Shown here: positions 11,900-24,370 of the stretch, one piece after another
Numbering within the stretch: position 1 is the stretch's first letter
How the letters are laid out: every line of letters starts with the position of its first letter
Source: Felis catus
Lineage: Eukaryota
Length of the DNA: 64,000 nucleotides
Direction of reading: 5' to 3'
Assembly (NCBI RefSeq): GCF_018350175.1
Contig: NC_058376.1
Coordinates: forward strand, 105,028,001 to 105,092,000
Notes under the pieces: model-generated
What the model was told of the DNA's origin: nothing
The model's input: only the letters and a program-made list of their open reading frames with translations
The model's database searches: none
Made by a program: the position numbers and the translations under genes

Positions 11900-12987
11900 T
11901 ATGCTTATGACTTTAAAATCTTGGTTTCCAGACTTGTCTGTGTCCTCTCCTATGATTCCTAGATCCGTATATATGCAAATACCTCCTGGGTAACTCTACT
12001 TGTTTGTTTAAAGATACCTCAAAATCAACAAGTTCTAAACTGAGTTTATCATCTTTCTCTTAAAACTGTCCCTCTAGCCAAACACTCCCAGTTACAGGAA
12101 TGGCACCCATAATGATCTAAATCCAGAAATTTGCAATTATCCTTGACTCCCTCCTCATATCTTTTTTCTAATAAACCAATACATTCTACCAGTTCTATCA
12201 CCTAAGCAGCTTTAAAATTTGTCCACATTTCTTCATTCCCACTGGTACTATATAGTCTAGTTCACTTTCATCTCTCACTTTGATTGAATAGTGTCCTAAT
12301 TAGTGCCCCTGTATCTAGCTTCTCCCTGCCCCCAGCCATTCCATTCTCACAGGCAGCCACAGTGATTATTCATTATTATTATTATTATTTAGCTCTAATT
12401 GGCTTTATGAAATGATTCACAAATCTGGCAGCATCCCATCTAGAAAGTAGAAGGGAGCTCCCTACAGTGATTATTCTACAAGGCAAGCCTGATCATGCCA
12501 TTCCCTTCTTATAATCTTTTAATCACCTTCCCATTATTTGGGTGATAAAAATCTAAATTCCTTTAATAAGGCTTCCTGAGCCCTACACCAGCCAGAGACT
12601 CTATCACCTCTCCATCTTGGTGTCTTGCCAGTCCCTTGTCTGTCTCCATTTGTAATGAACTTCTTACAGTTACCTGAAAAGAGGCCCTATGCATGTGTGC
12701 TCTTATTTCTAGGCCTGCAATGGGCCTCTTTTTTCCTAGAACATGCCTCAGTGTCACCTAAAGGATAGCTCCCCTGGAAAGCCTTTTCTGACCTCCTGGG
12801 TAGTGTTAAGAGCCCTCATAACCCACAGAACCTTCTACTTTCCCTCCACTCATACTGACTCACTTTATTGTAATTCCTCATTTGTCTTTCTTCCTTAGCA
12901 GACTCTAAAAGTGGAGAGTAAAAGACTTGTCTAAATTCCCTACTATTGTATGACACGTAATAAATAAATGTTGAATAAATGAATGAG
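11900..12987 (+). mobile_element. Long L2 3' fragment
   Basis: Successive L2 motifs 'ccttgactccctcctc', 'tgatcatgccattccc', 'ggaaagccttttctgacc', ending 'aataaatgttgaataaatgaatga'. Confidence 0.75.
12372..12463 (-). mobile_element. Retroposed polyadenylated ERV-LTR-like 3' end inserted in L2
   Basis: Perfect 13-bp TSD ACAGTGATTATTC (12359-12371, 12464-12476); minus strand ends 'TCATAAAGCCAATTAGAGCT' plus (AAT)n tail. Confidence 0.7.
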
Positions 12988-13184
12988 ACTTACAAAATAA
13001 ATGTTATCTATAAGAGATGCTCTAATAGAGGTATTCACAAAATGCTATAGGACCTAACTAAGGGACATCTAAATTGGAGTTGGGCTTCAAGGAACAGAGG
13101 TACTACTCTTTGTACAGTGTACAACACATGGTAAATCGATCAATAAGATCAATAATTGATCAATAAGAGTTAATTTTATGTGTT

Positions 13185-13681
13185 GTTAATCTTCATGTGA
13201 CTTGTTGGCCTTAGGACTATTTTGAGAAACAGTACACAGAGGAGAAGCTTTGAAAACAGAGTAAAAATTCCCTTTTGCAAGGGAAGTTTATATTTATAAA
13301 GGAAATCTCTCTCCCTCTTTTTCTCTCTGTCTCTGTCTCTCTCAGAGAAGGATGTCTTTAAGTCAGTAGAAACTCTTATCAATAGAGATTTAAGAGAACT
13401 TAAATCTGCATAACAAACTCTAATTTTCATGGTCATCTCCCCAGAAGTGGCCTCCCCACACACTTTTTTTTTTTTTAAAGCTCAACATGGTATTTAAACT
13501 TGAATTCTAAGTTGCCTCTGTGAGAGTTACTCACTTTTCCTTGGGAATCTCCCATGTACACATGAAATATACACCTTAATAAACTTCTGTTTGTTTTTCT
13601 CTTGTTCATCTGTCTTTTGTTACAGGGGCCTTGGCTGAGAAGTTAGAAAGATGGAAGGAACCTTATTTTTCCTCCCCTACA
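13185..13681 (+). mobile_element. ERV1 solo LTR (MER34-like)
   Basis: 'ggactattttgag', TATA-like 'gtatttaaac', polyA 'aataaacttctgtttgtttttctcttgtt', terminus 'cctcccctaca'. Confidence 0.75.
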
Positions 13682-13684
13682 ACA

Positions 13685-14230
13685 GAACAAAGGTCATTCC
13701 AGGTAGAGGAAACAGCCAGCACTTGTGAAATAATGGAGGTGTGAGTCAGAAGCAGAAGTTATAGGAGCTGCACACTGTTCTATATGGGTGAAATAAAGAG
13801 TGCATGGGTGGACAGTAGGTTGCTGGAAAAGGAAGCTGCGAATGTAGGCAGGACCTAATAATGAACCATTTGTCCTAAACCAAGGAATCTGAATGTTATT
13901 CTGAAAGCTATGGGGATCAGGCCAGGAAGTGACATATATTTTGGAAAAAATACGATGGCTGCACGTAGAGGGATGAATCTGATGGGTGAAAGTGGTGATG
14001 AGTGGGGGTAGATATAACTAATTAGTTGGGGGGAGGGCAATAATTCAGGCCCAAGGTGATAAGAGCCTAAATGAGGCAGTGGCAGGAAAGATAAACCCAC
14101 TGGGTTTGGCGATGGAGAGAATAAGGAAGGGTTAGTGAGTGAGTAGGAAGCATCTTGAAACATTCCCAGGATTCTGTTTCAGGTGGATGTATGAATAGTG
14201 GTCTCCTCACTGAAAGTTCAGTCTGGTTGT
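13685..14230 (-). mobile_element. L2 fragment
   Basis: Purine-rich antisense L2 body ('cattccaggtagaggaaacagc', 'ggaagtgacat', 'aattcaggcccaaggtgat'). Confidence 0.65.
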
Positions 14231-14904
14231 GTGGGGGGAGATAAAGAAGGTAATGGGTTGCTGGAATATGGAGACATTTACCAAGAGAAATAATAGGACA
14301 AAAGTGCTAGATCCTCATAGCATTACTACAAAGCTTATTTAAGCAGAATATAGCTAAGGAGGCTCAAATCTGAGTCCCTGATTCCTTGAACCATTCAGAG
14401 ACAAAAGCCACATGATGCTTTGGGTCTCCTTGTCTCTTGAACACTTTGAAACTCTAGTGAGAAAAGGGATGAAAGTAGAAAAAAAAAAAGAACCTAGGTG
14501 TGAGATAGAGCAGCTGGGTGGCTCTAGTAATGGAAAGCAAGAAGCAAGGCTGAGGTGAGAGTGGGGATTAGGTGGAAATTTATTTGGTGTCGGGAATGAA
14601 CTAGGAAAAGAGGGAGGAAGGAGGACTCTGCAGGAAGGGTCAGTAGCAGGACAGGACTTTGGAATGTAAGATGAATGCCTATGATGGAAGAAGAAAACAT
14701 GGTAGCAGCCATTTTAAAGTCATCTTAAGGGTTTGGTAGCTGAGAATGGCTTAGGAGTGGAAGCCTTTCTCTAACACTATTCACCATGCTATGGGTCTTG
14801 ATGAGACTCCATTCAAGGTGCTTAGTTATAGGGTCAGCATAGGGCTTCCAGTGCCCTGCACAGCCCCTTCCATGGGGCAGGAACTCTATAAATATTTGTT
14901 GGAT

Positions 14905-15114
14905 GGGGCACCTGGGTGGCTCAGTCGGTTAAGCGTCTGACTTTGGCTCAGGTCATGACCTCACGGTTTGTGGGTTCGAGCCCTGCATCAGGCTCTGTGT
15001 TGACAGCTCGGAGCCTGGAGCCTGCTTCTGATTCTGTGTCTCCCTCTCTCTCTGCCGCTCCCCTGCTCACGCTGTCTCTCTCTGTCTCTCAAAAATAAAT
15101 AAATGTAAAAAATA
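14905..15114 (+). mobile_element. CAN-SINE (SINEC_Fc-type)
   Basis: Full-length; TSD ATATTT(G/A)TTGGAT. Confidence 0.96.
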
Positions 15115-17299
15115 TATATTTATTGGATGTATTGATAAATGGGATAACAACGGTACAAATAATGGTTTCATTTAGGAGGAAATCTTGCCATGGAAAACAG
15201 CAGAACAAGAAGCTTTGGAGTAGTTGTGATGGAGCTTGTCTTTCATGGTGGGGGCAAATCTTCTAAATAACTTGATGGCCTGTTAATTGCATTACACAGC
15301 AATCAGTCAAGCACTAGGACTTGGTGTGATAGATACACTGGGCCCAATCAACTAATCTACCAAGAATCACAAAGCAATTGAGAAGCTCAGTTGGAAGAGA
15401 TGGAAGTACTGCTGTGTGAACCCCAGATACCTGGTTTCAAGGCAAATTGAGCTGAAATATCCCCTCATTCTATTAGCCTAGTTTCTGGACTTAGCAGTAG
15501 GCTCAAGAGAAGACATTTCTCTCTTGAATCAGTGACAGGGCTGCTGTTCAGAAAATTGCGGGATTCGGGTTATTCCAACACGTGATCCTTTGATTTCTTT
15601 TTAACATTCAGTTGGTCACAATTTTCATTACAAAAATATTTTAGTACAATGCCTGAGAACTGAAAGCCCTGCAAATGGATCTGTTGATTCCAAGCTTAAA
15701 GGTTAAGTATATCATCACATGATAGAAGGAAAACCTAGTTTTTATGAAAAAGGCACTGTCCACACACAGGTGCGTGTGTGCACCTATAATCACCAACTTG
15801 TACTCACCATGGGCTGGAGTTTACTAGCGCAGGCCGAATAAAGCACAAAGTGAGGATTCAAGCGAGACAGAGCTACAGTTGCTGTGGAAACCATGGCACT
15901 GATCTTCATGACACACGTATCCTGAGCTCTAACATTCAGTAAATGACTTAATAATGGATGAATTCACTTTTTGGAAACAATGTTTAAAACTTATTAACTG
16001 AAATATTTAAAACATGGGAAATTTCTATAGTTTTTGTAAATTTCAGCTCTAGGTGAATTTTTCTGCATACCTAAATCTCTGAAAATTGGAGGATTTTGTT
16101 ATTGTTTGCTTTAAATGCAGATGTACAGAATGGATGCTGATTCCATGGCACTGATGTATAGTCACAATCAGGAATATGCAAATAAAATCATGGGTGTCTC
16201 ATGTATTCTTAATGCTTTCTCCAGTTAGTCTTTCCATTCTAACTGAAAGAGGCACCGTATCCTCTAGTCTGAAACATTAATAGCCAGCATACCAAACATG
16301 GCAGCTCAATTACATATGGATGGGGACCCAATTAATTCTTTCTGATAACTTTATCTACTTGGTCTATGCCCAAGACTGCTGGCAGAAAAATAATCTCTGA
16401 ATTTCTTTTCAAATATAAAGTTGGCAGATTTCATCTACTCTCTCTTCATATGTATTCTTTTTATTCTCAACGGAAAGAAAGATCTTAGAATTTGCATTTT
16501 TTTTGGTTGCATGAAAACTGTTTCTGCTTCAATGAAATCCAAACTTTTTAATAATGTTAAATATTGTAATATTTTTAGGTAATGAGTAGAGTTATTTTTG
16601 AACTGCCAATTTGTGGCATCAATTCTCATTAAGAAAAAGATCCCTCCCTATTGACAGTTAGAGGTAATATAATCATGGTTACAGCATAGCACTCGATTTC
16701 AAGATTTAAAAAAATTGATTCTATCTCCATAAAGTAAATACAAACTTTTGCTCCAAATCTCCAGTTCTCTCAATAACATTGGTTTTGACTTGTAAGAACT
16801 GCATGGTAAATTAATACAAATTGCCAGCAGCTGCTCTTGAAACCTATGGGCTGAACAAATCCTTATATAATAAAATTCTATGGCCCCCACATTTTTGCCA
16901 CAGGATACTTTTGTTATACCAAATTCATTGTTAAATATGCTTTCATTTTGTGGAAACTGAATAAGAAAAGTTGTTGATGCATTAGAATAATATTCTGGAA
17001 TATTACTGAGTGTATTTTTCTATCTTAGTAATTCCCCTGTACCCTCGGTTTGAGAAAAACACACAACTTAGAGAAGAGGGAATACAAAGAAGTTGGTGGG
17101 AAAACAGCTTTGAGTTTTTATAGAAAGTCTTCAAAGCCAGAGCTTTTAACTTTGAGTATAAAGTTCTTGATATGAGAAAACTTTCCGTTCTTATTTTTTT
17201 TTAATTCCAAAAGCTTGAATGTCAAGACAAAGCATTGGAGGTCTCAGAGCACAGAATTGGTACAATAAACATAAAACAGGAAGAATTCTTTAATAAACA

Positions 17300-17970
17300 T
17301 AGAGTATTTTCCTGCAGTGTAAACAGGAAACAGAAGCATATCTTCTATGGATGAGAAATTTGACAAAGAGGGAGAAGAGAAAAGGAGAGCTCTCTTCTTC
17401 ATTTTGCTTGAGTCTTAGTAGGGAGGGGAGTGGGATTGTGAAAGACAAAACACTCAGAGAAGTTTGCAGATCTGAGTGTAGAGGGGATTTGAGCCTCAAT
17501 TCCTGTCTGGGAAAATACAGCTTCCCAAGTGACATTTTGGGCAGAGAGGACCTGAGGCTAGCAAGTGAGAATTTTCCATATTTTCTAGAAGGCACAGGCT
17601 AGGACTAGGTATAGGTCTGTGGACCTAAAATGACCTTACAGTTGAGATGAACAAGAGTTAGAAGAAGTGCAGAAGTGAATGTGGGTCCTCTATAGTGGAT
17701 ACAGTGAGAAGAGAGGCTAATCAATGCCCTAAGAATGGAAAATGTAGGTCTAGTATCCAGAAGAGGACAGATCCCATAGGCCAACCCCTCTCCAAAGCCC
17801 TGGCATTTATGTTCAGAGTTACTGAGTACTGAGTTACTAAATATTTACCCAGAGACTGAATGTAACCTGGGGGTGACTGAGTTACCTTTAATCAATACAT
17901 TTGAAATTTCCACCATTGGCAGAAATAGGGCCCAGGTGCTAGGTTCAATTATAGAAATAAACACATTTAT
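17300..17970. mobile_element. Ancient LTR (LTR78-like)
   Basis: 'cagagactgaatgtaacctgggggtgactgagttaccttt' region resembles old eutherian LTRs; weak recall. Confidence 0.35.
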
Positions 17971-18049
17971 CTTTTTTTATATTGATTATCATATTTTTAA
18001 TTTCCAGAGATTCTATCTGACTTTTTATAAACTGCTTTGACAATTTTTA

Positions 18050-18890
18050 TAGACTGCTCCTTTCAGACATTTTCCCACTTCAAAAACTTCTTTAAATATG
18101 ATAAGCATTTTCTTTTAATAATCTGAATGTGGTAATTCTAACATCTCAAGTTTCTGAGTGTCTGATTCTGCTGTCCATTCTTCCTGCTGCTTCTTGCTCA
18201 TGGTGCTCTGTTTCTTTGTGCACTTGGTTACCTTTGCTTCTGTGTTGCTCATACCACTTGAGAAAGAAAATATATGTGCGAATTCTCAGAAGATTAATAA
18301 GGTGACATCTTGGAGAAGGCTTGGGTATACTGTCGGTCTATACCACTCTAAGCTGAATTTTTTGCAGTGATACAAATTTGGGACTGCATGTCGGGGCTTC
18401 AAATGTTCCTATGGCTACAGCCTCTCAGGGCAGGGTTTCCTTTTTTCTTTTCCTTCTCCCCTGCTCTGTCCTGAGCTAATGCAACTCTCTGTGGCTCTTT
18501 GAGGGGGGTGGGAGGGGATGGACTTCCCTCTGGTGTGGCCCTTTGTGCTCCACTTTAATATGAGGTTCATCTATTACATTCTCCACATTTGTGGGCCTTA
18601 GGATTTGATTTTCATCCCTCTCACCCCAGGAATCCATTGAAGCCACAGCCCAGCTTCACAGTCCAAATAGGCAAATGGCCTTGGAACAAAAGCAGCTTCT
18701 AGTGCTTGGCCTACTTTTCTGTGTTCTCATTTATTCTAGGTTTTGGCTTGTTAACGCCTTACTATGTTTTGGCTTATTGATGTTTTTAATAAAGATGAAA
18801 GTGTATTTTAGTCAGTATTTTTAGCAATGTTTAGTGGGAGAATTGTTTTGAATAAATTAGCTCATCATTCCTGGGCATCAGAAGTCATAC
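18050..18890 (-). mobile_element. HAL1/L1M-like fragment
   Basis: 'gtctgattctgctgtc...ctcatggtgctctgtttctttgtg' resembles antisense HAL1/L1M. Confidence 0.45.
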
Positions 18891-19519
18891 CTAACTTAAG
18901 TGAGTGTATAATTTCAAGCTCACTGTCTCTATTGAGCTCTCTTTTTCTTGAAGAAAAAGAAAAGTGTTGTGGCCTCCAGAAGGGATTAAGAAAACTGATA
19001 GAGTGATATTTTTCCTTTTTTTGAGCTCCTTGTGGTTTTTGCAAGTAAAGCAAATTGGTTAGGTAAGTTTAGGAATTTAAACAAGCTCTTTTCATAAGAA
19101 TAGTAGAGCTATTTAAAAAAGTGTGAGAAAAATTGTACAATATCATGTCGATCACAGAATTAAAGAATTGTAAATAACTGTCATTTACCCCCATTCCTCA
19201 AACCCATCCCAAATTTTGGGTCTTTGATTCTAAACAATATCTGAAACACAGGAAACAGATAAAGAAACCATTATTCATATTTTTTTAAAAATAATAAGAA
19301 AAAAGCATCCTTTACTCTAGGTTTCGACATTAAGACATGAAATAGCTTTGTCCTGAATTTTGCATCATGTTTCCTATAATGAATTTAATTTTTTAGTTTG
19401 ACTAAATCCTGTGGAAGGATGCAAAACTAATAGGAGACCAAATTCCTACTGTAAAACTTATAATCTCCTTGGGGAGGACATACACCCAAAAATGTAAGCT
19501 CCACAAGGAACAGGGACTT

Positions 19520-19770
19520 AAAAATTTTTTTAAAAAATGTTTAGTCTTTAAAAACTTTTTAAAAATGTTTATTCATTTTTGAGAGTGATAGAGACAGAGA
19601 GAGCATGAGCAGGGAAGGGGCAGAGAGAGAGGGAGATACAGAATCCAAAGCAGGCTCCAGGCTCTGAGCTGTCAGCACAGAGCTTGATGCGGGGCTCAAG
19701 CCCATGAACCATGAGATCATGACCTGAGCCAAAGTCGGATGCTTAACCAACTGAGCCACCCAGGCACTCC
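19520..19770 (-). mobile_element. CAN-SINE inserted in a + strand L2 3' end (about 19490-19870)
   Basis: TSD AAGGA(A/G)CAG(G/T)GACTT at 19505-19519 and 19771-19785; flanks join into the L2 terminus. Confidence 0.93.
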
Positions 19771-20624
19771 AAGGAGCAGTGACTTCTGAGTTTTGTTCAC
19801 TAAGGAATTTTCGAGGCCAAGTACAGGTCCTGCTGCATCGTGGTGGCTCAATAAACATTTGTTGAATAAAGATTTGCTGAGATGGTTATAATTTAACAGG
19901 TTGGGAAGGAAACTGACTCCACTGGCAGTGAGTTCACATGAGCCCAGTATGATAAGAACAACCCTGAGGGTGGCAGGCTAAGCAGGACTCAGCTGCATCT
20001 TGAGGAAGGTTTTGAAGTTCGACAGATGGATCATGGATTGTTGACAAAAAAACCTCAAAGTGGGCGAGAGGAGAAGGAATTTCACACAAAGGAAATAAAG
20101 TGTTTGCAGACAGGAAAGGGATGTCTGGATTTAATCTAGCAGAGTATTTTAAAAAATTCTACCCACTGGGGTCTTGTCCTCAAATGATATTATGAGGAAG
20201 CACATGGAAATCTGATTGCAATGGAGATGGAAAGTCCTTTACCCCATCTGCCACCCTGCCTCCCTCCAGGCTAGCCCCTGTGGTCCTCTTCGGAACCTCT
20301 AGGGCTCCACCAAGCACCATTTAAAGGCAGCTTATGTTGCCCTGAGTGGACAAATGCATTAGGGATGAGTTGGGTACAAGGCCAATGAGAAGCACTGGGG
20401 AAACAGAAGGAAGGCCTTTCACCACAAAGGGGCAGGTCTAATTATAATGAAGTGATCTAAAGGAACCAGGCTAGGTTCTCACTGAAGGGATGACATGATA
20501 AATCCAGAACCTCAGGGAGAAGTATCCCCAAAATGATGGAAGGAAAACACAAGTTCAGGATACCAGATAAGAGACAGTTGCTGGGACCCAGGCATGAACT
20601 GTGAGGGTCTGAACTGTAATGTTC

Positions 20625-21355
20625 ATGTGAATTATCCAAGTAGCTTATTTAAAATGCAGATTCCTAAATCTCACTTCCAGAAATTCTGAATCAATAGGTT
20701 TGAGATGGAGCTCAGAAATCTGACTTTTTTTCTACCCATGTATGATCGACACACAATGTTACATTAGTTTCAGGTGTACCACCTGTATGTCAAATCAAAT
20801 CACAATTGGTGATTTAACAAGTTTATACATTATGCTACGCCTACCGCAAGTGTAGCTACCAGCCGTCCCTATACAGCATTACTTACAATACCACGGATGA
20901 CATTCCCTATGCTGTACTTTTCACCCCCTTGATTTATTCATTCCATAACTGGAAGCCTGTGTCTCCCACTCCCTTTCATCCATTTTGCACCCCTCCCCCC
21001 CTCTGGCAATTATCTGTTTTTTCTCTGTACTTAATGGTTGTTTCGGCTTTTTGTTTGTTTGCTTATTCATTTGTTTTATTTTTTAGATTCCACATATAAG
21101 TGAGATCATATGGTATTTGTCTTTCTCTGTCCTACTTATTTCACTTAGCATAATACCTTAAGGTCCATCCATGTTGTTGTTTTAAAGGGCAAGATCTCAT
21201 TTTTTTAATGGCTGAGTTAATATTCCACTTCCACTTACAAAAACGTGTATGGGAATTTTTTTCCTCCACATTCTTGCCAATACTTATCGGGGATCTGAAT
21301 TTTAACAAGCATCTTTGATAATTCTGATGCAAGATCAAACTCAAAGAAATATTGT
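20625..21355. mobile_element. MER5-like hAT element split by an L1 insertion
   Basis: Left half 'taaaatgcagattcct...gaaatctg' and right half 'atctgaattttaacaagcatc...tctgatgca' join into a MER5-type sequence. Confidence 0.7.
20725..21288 (-). mobile_element. Carnivore L1 3' fragment
   Basis: 'tagtttcaggtgtac', 'tagattccacatataagtgagatcatatggtatttgtctttctctg', 'ttcacttagcataata'. Confidence 0.9.
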
Positions 21356-21453
21356 TATAACTGAATATTTCTCACTTCTACTTTCTTCCTTTTTGTCATT
21401 TTACAGTTCAAAGAATAAGGAGGAAGGAACTACTTCAGTCAGCACTCTATTAA

Positions 21454-21640
21454 ATGTTTATTTTTGAGCGAGGGAAAGAGTGCACAAGTGGGGGAGGGGC
21501 AGAGAGAGGGAGACAATTTAAAGCAAGCACCAGGCTGAGTTGTCAGCACAGAGCCTGATATCAGGCTCGAAACCACCAACTGTGAGATCATGACCTAAGC
21601 TGAAGTTCATGCTTATCTGACCGAGCCACCCAGGTGCCCC
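21454..21640 (-). mobile_element. CAN-SINE, diverged, tail nearly lost
   Basis: TSD CAGTCA(G/A)CACT(C/A)TATTAA at 21436-21453 and 21640-21657. Confidence 0.92.
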
Positions 21641-22199
21641 AGTCAACACTATATTAAGTTGAAGGCATCAGTGAGTATACAAATGAAACAATGGTTTGAA
21701 TGTCAGTTGTGAAATTTGAGCCCAAAGGACAATATAGGGAGTGTGTTGATAGAAATAACCCCAGCTGCCAAGGTGTCCAGATCAAGTAGGGTCATGTTCA
21801 GATGTTATACTTTGTCTGTTGTGCTTAAGTCACCAGGTGGTGAATCCGTCCAGTCATAGTTTCCCTCTAAAATCTAGATTTTCAAAGACTTGGTATATAC
21901 TCCAATCATCCTGTTATAAATTCATGACAAATTCATTTAAACATTTCTTGATTTTCTTTCTTTTTCTGTAGTTCACTGACAACATTGCAACCCATATGTA
22001 AATAGGCATTAAGTAATCAAGCACAAAAGATCCACCAGCCAGTTTTTCATGTTACTTAGCTGGAGCTGAGGTCTTTCCTGAAGAGACATTTTATGCTCAA
22101 CTGGCTTTTCTGGTAGCAACTATTGAACCCTGACAGTTGTCTTCTTTAGACACTTGGTATTTACTTAACATTGGAAAGGAAAAAGGAGGGAGAGAAAAT

Positions 22200-22350
22200 G
22201 ATTTATTGAGTGCTTCCTAAGTACTAGTCTTTTAAAATACATTATCTCATTAAGAGGTTGGATTATTTTTATGTTAGAGATGAGGAAACTGAGCCTCAGA
22301 AAGGGTAAACACAAGTTTAGAGAAGTGAAGTGAGTTGTTGAAGGTCCTTT
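22200..22350 (-). mobile_element. MIR SINE
   Basis: 'atttattgagtgctt...agatgaggaaactgag'. Confidence 0.75.
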
Positions 22351-23075
22351 ACAGCAAGACAACAGAGGAAATTAAATAGGAAAGGAAATAGAGAAGACTC
22401 ATGACCATGGACAATGTTCCTGGCAATTGAGAATAATGTGTATGCTCTGCTGGAGGGTTTAGGCTAGTGTGGAAGCTTCTCTGTGAGAGTTCAACATCCC
22501 CTTCTTGAAAGCTCAAGGACTGGGCTCCATGAGACACTCAGATGAGAACGTCTCAGGCTACCCCCCCCCTCCCCCGCCCGTCTTTCCCATTGTCTCCCCA
22601 GGCATTTGTGCAGACTGTAGGGGCTGGGTTCAGCCTTACCTTTGCAAAATCTATCTAGTTCAGACCCTCACTTTATAGATAGAAAGAACAGCAGGGCAAA
22701 GGGAGTGGCAATTTGCCTGAAGTCATACAGAAAGACTAACAAAGTTGGGAGTACAAACCAGACCTGCAGTCCCCAAGCACCTGCACTGTTTACCTACCTC
22801 TAGGCCAAAACTAAGACAATTTGCTTCCATTTGCTTCTCTGAGAGTCTAGCTATGAAATCAATGGGTGAGTTTAGAGATGCTTTTGGGCAAGAAAGGAAG
22901 CTGTGGAAAGGGTCCCTGGACTAGAAGGACTCTGGTTAGAGAGAGCCATTAAAACAGTGTTTCTCCATCAGGTTCTAGGGAATTTGAATGCTCCCTCAGA
23001 TTTTCACATTGTATTCCAGGAAGAGTTCTGCAGCAATCAAAGTTTGGGAAAGCTGAGAGTTAAAGTGCCTTTTCT

Positions 23076-23143
23076 TTTTTTAACAATCTTTTTTTTAAAT
23101 TTTTAACATTTATTTTTGAAAGACAGATCATGAGCACGAGAGG

Positions 23144-23185
<42 letters not shown>

Positions 23186-23383
23186 CAGAGAGCAGGAGAG
23201 GGGCAAAGAGAGAGAGAGAGAGAGATGGAGGAGCAGAGAGAGAGGGAGACACAGAATCAGAAGCAGCCTCCAGGCTCTGAGCTGTCAGCACAGAGCCCTA
23301 TGCGGGGCTCAAACCTGCAAACTGCGAGATCATGACCTGAACTGAAGTCAGAAGCCTAACCGACTGAGCTACCCAGGCGCCCC
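23076..23383 (-). mobile_element. CAN-SINE with expanded GA-rich block
   Basis: TSD TTAAAG(TG/CA)CCTTTTCT at 23060-23075 and 23384-23399. Confidence 0.95.
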
Positions 23384-23989
23384 TTAAAGCACCTTTTCTG
23401 AAAGACCTCTCAGGGCCTTTAATCTATTGGTGTAGACTCTTCCTTTTCTGGGAATCCAAACCTTCTGCAAGATAATAAGGAAAAGTGATGCTATGCCTGT
23501 TTCCTCTACCAAAAAAAGAAAAAGAAAAAAAAAAAAAAGCAATTTCTGATTAAATTGGGCAAACTTCACTTGGTGCAGAGAGGAGATTAATACCTATGTG
23601 CCCAGACCACATGTGGCATATGATTAAAACTTGGCACCTGCAGATTAGCAGACACTGGGGGATCAGTAGTCATTTCTTGTACATAGTACTTTGCTGCCTT
23701 CTTTCAGATAAGTTAGAGATGTGAATTATAGGGCCAAAATTCTGGAACTTGATATTTGGAACATATGTAGCTTTATACTGGCTTTAGGATCTTTAGTTAT
23801 AATCATACAGAATAAAAATAAAATTTAAAAATACGCATTTTTAGACTGAGCATTTGGAAGAAACCCAGGATTACTATCCCTCCCAGGTTGTGCTTTTCAT
23901 GCCATACTGTGTAAAGCCCCCAAGGATATTAATCATTGTAATACATAACCTTAAAAATATGTGGTGAGGCAAACATATGCTATTGTAAC

Positions 23990-24370
23990 ATATTTATTCA
24001 AAAACATTTATTCCATGCTGACTATGTGCCAGGTGCTAGGAATGCAGTGGTGCAAAATCCCTGTCCTCATGGGGTTTATATTCTAAGGGCAAGGCATATA
24101 ATAAAGTTGGCAATAAGTGAAGCCTATAAGTGCTAAGGAAAAAAATAAAGATGGGAGCTAGGCAATGTGGAAGGGAAAATCTCATGAGACGGGGGGCATT
24201 TGAGTAAAATATATGAAGGAGGGTGGCCTGTGTATCTCTGGGATGGGGCACTGTAGGCAGAGGGAGCAGTGGGTGCAAAGGCCCTGGGGTGAGTGTGCCT
24301 TGTGTGCAGGAGGAGAGCCGAGGCTGGTGCCAGGTGGGCAGGTGGTGGGTACAGGGCTGCTCTGAGGGAG
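23990..24370 (-). mobile_element. L2 3' fragment
   Basis: 'tttattcaaaaacatttt...actatgtgccaggtgctagg...ccctgtcctcatgg...gcaaaggccctgggg'. Confidence 0.8.

Noticed and set aside
15808-15920. Minus-strand exon ending ATG|GTGAGT
   Set aside because: Good donor but no clear acceptor and an unrecognisable peptide; chance donors are expected in 64 kb.
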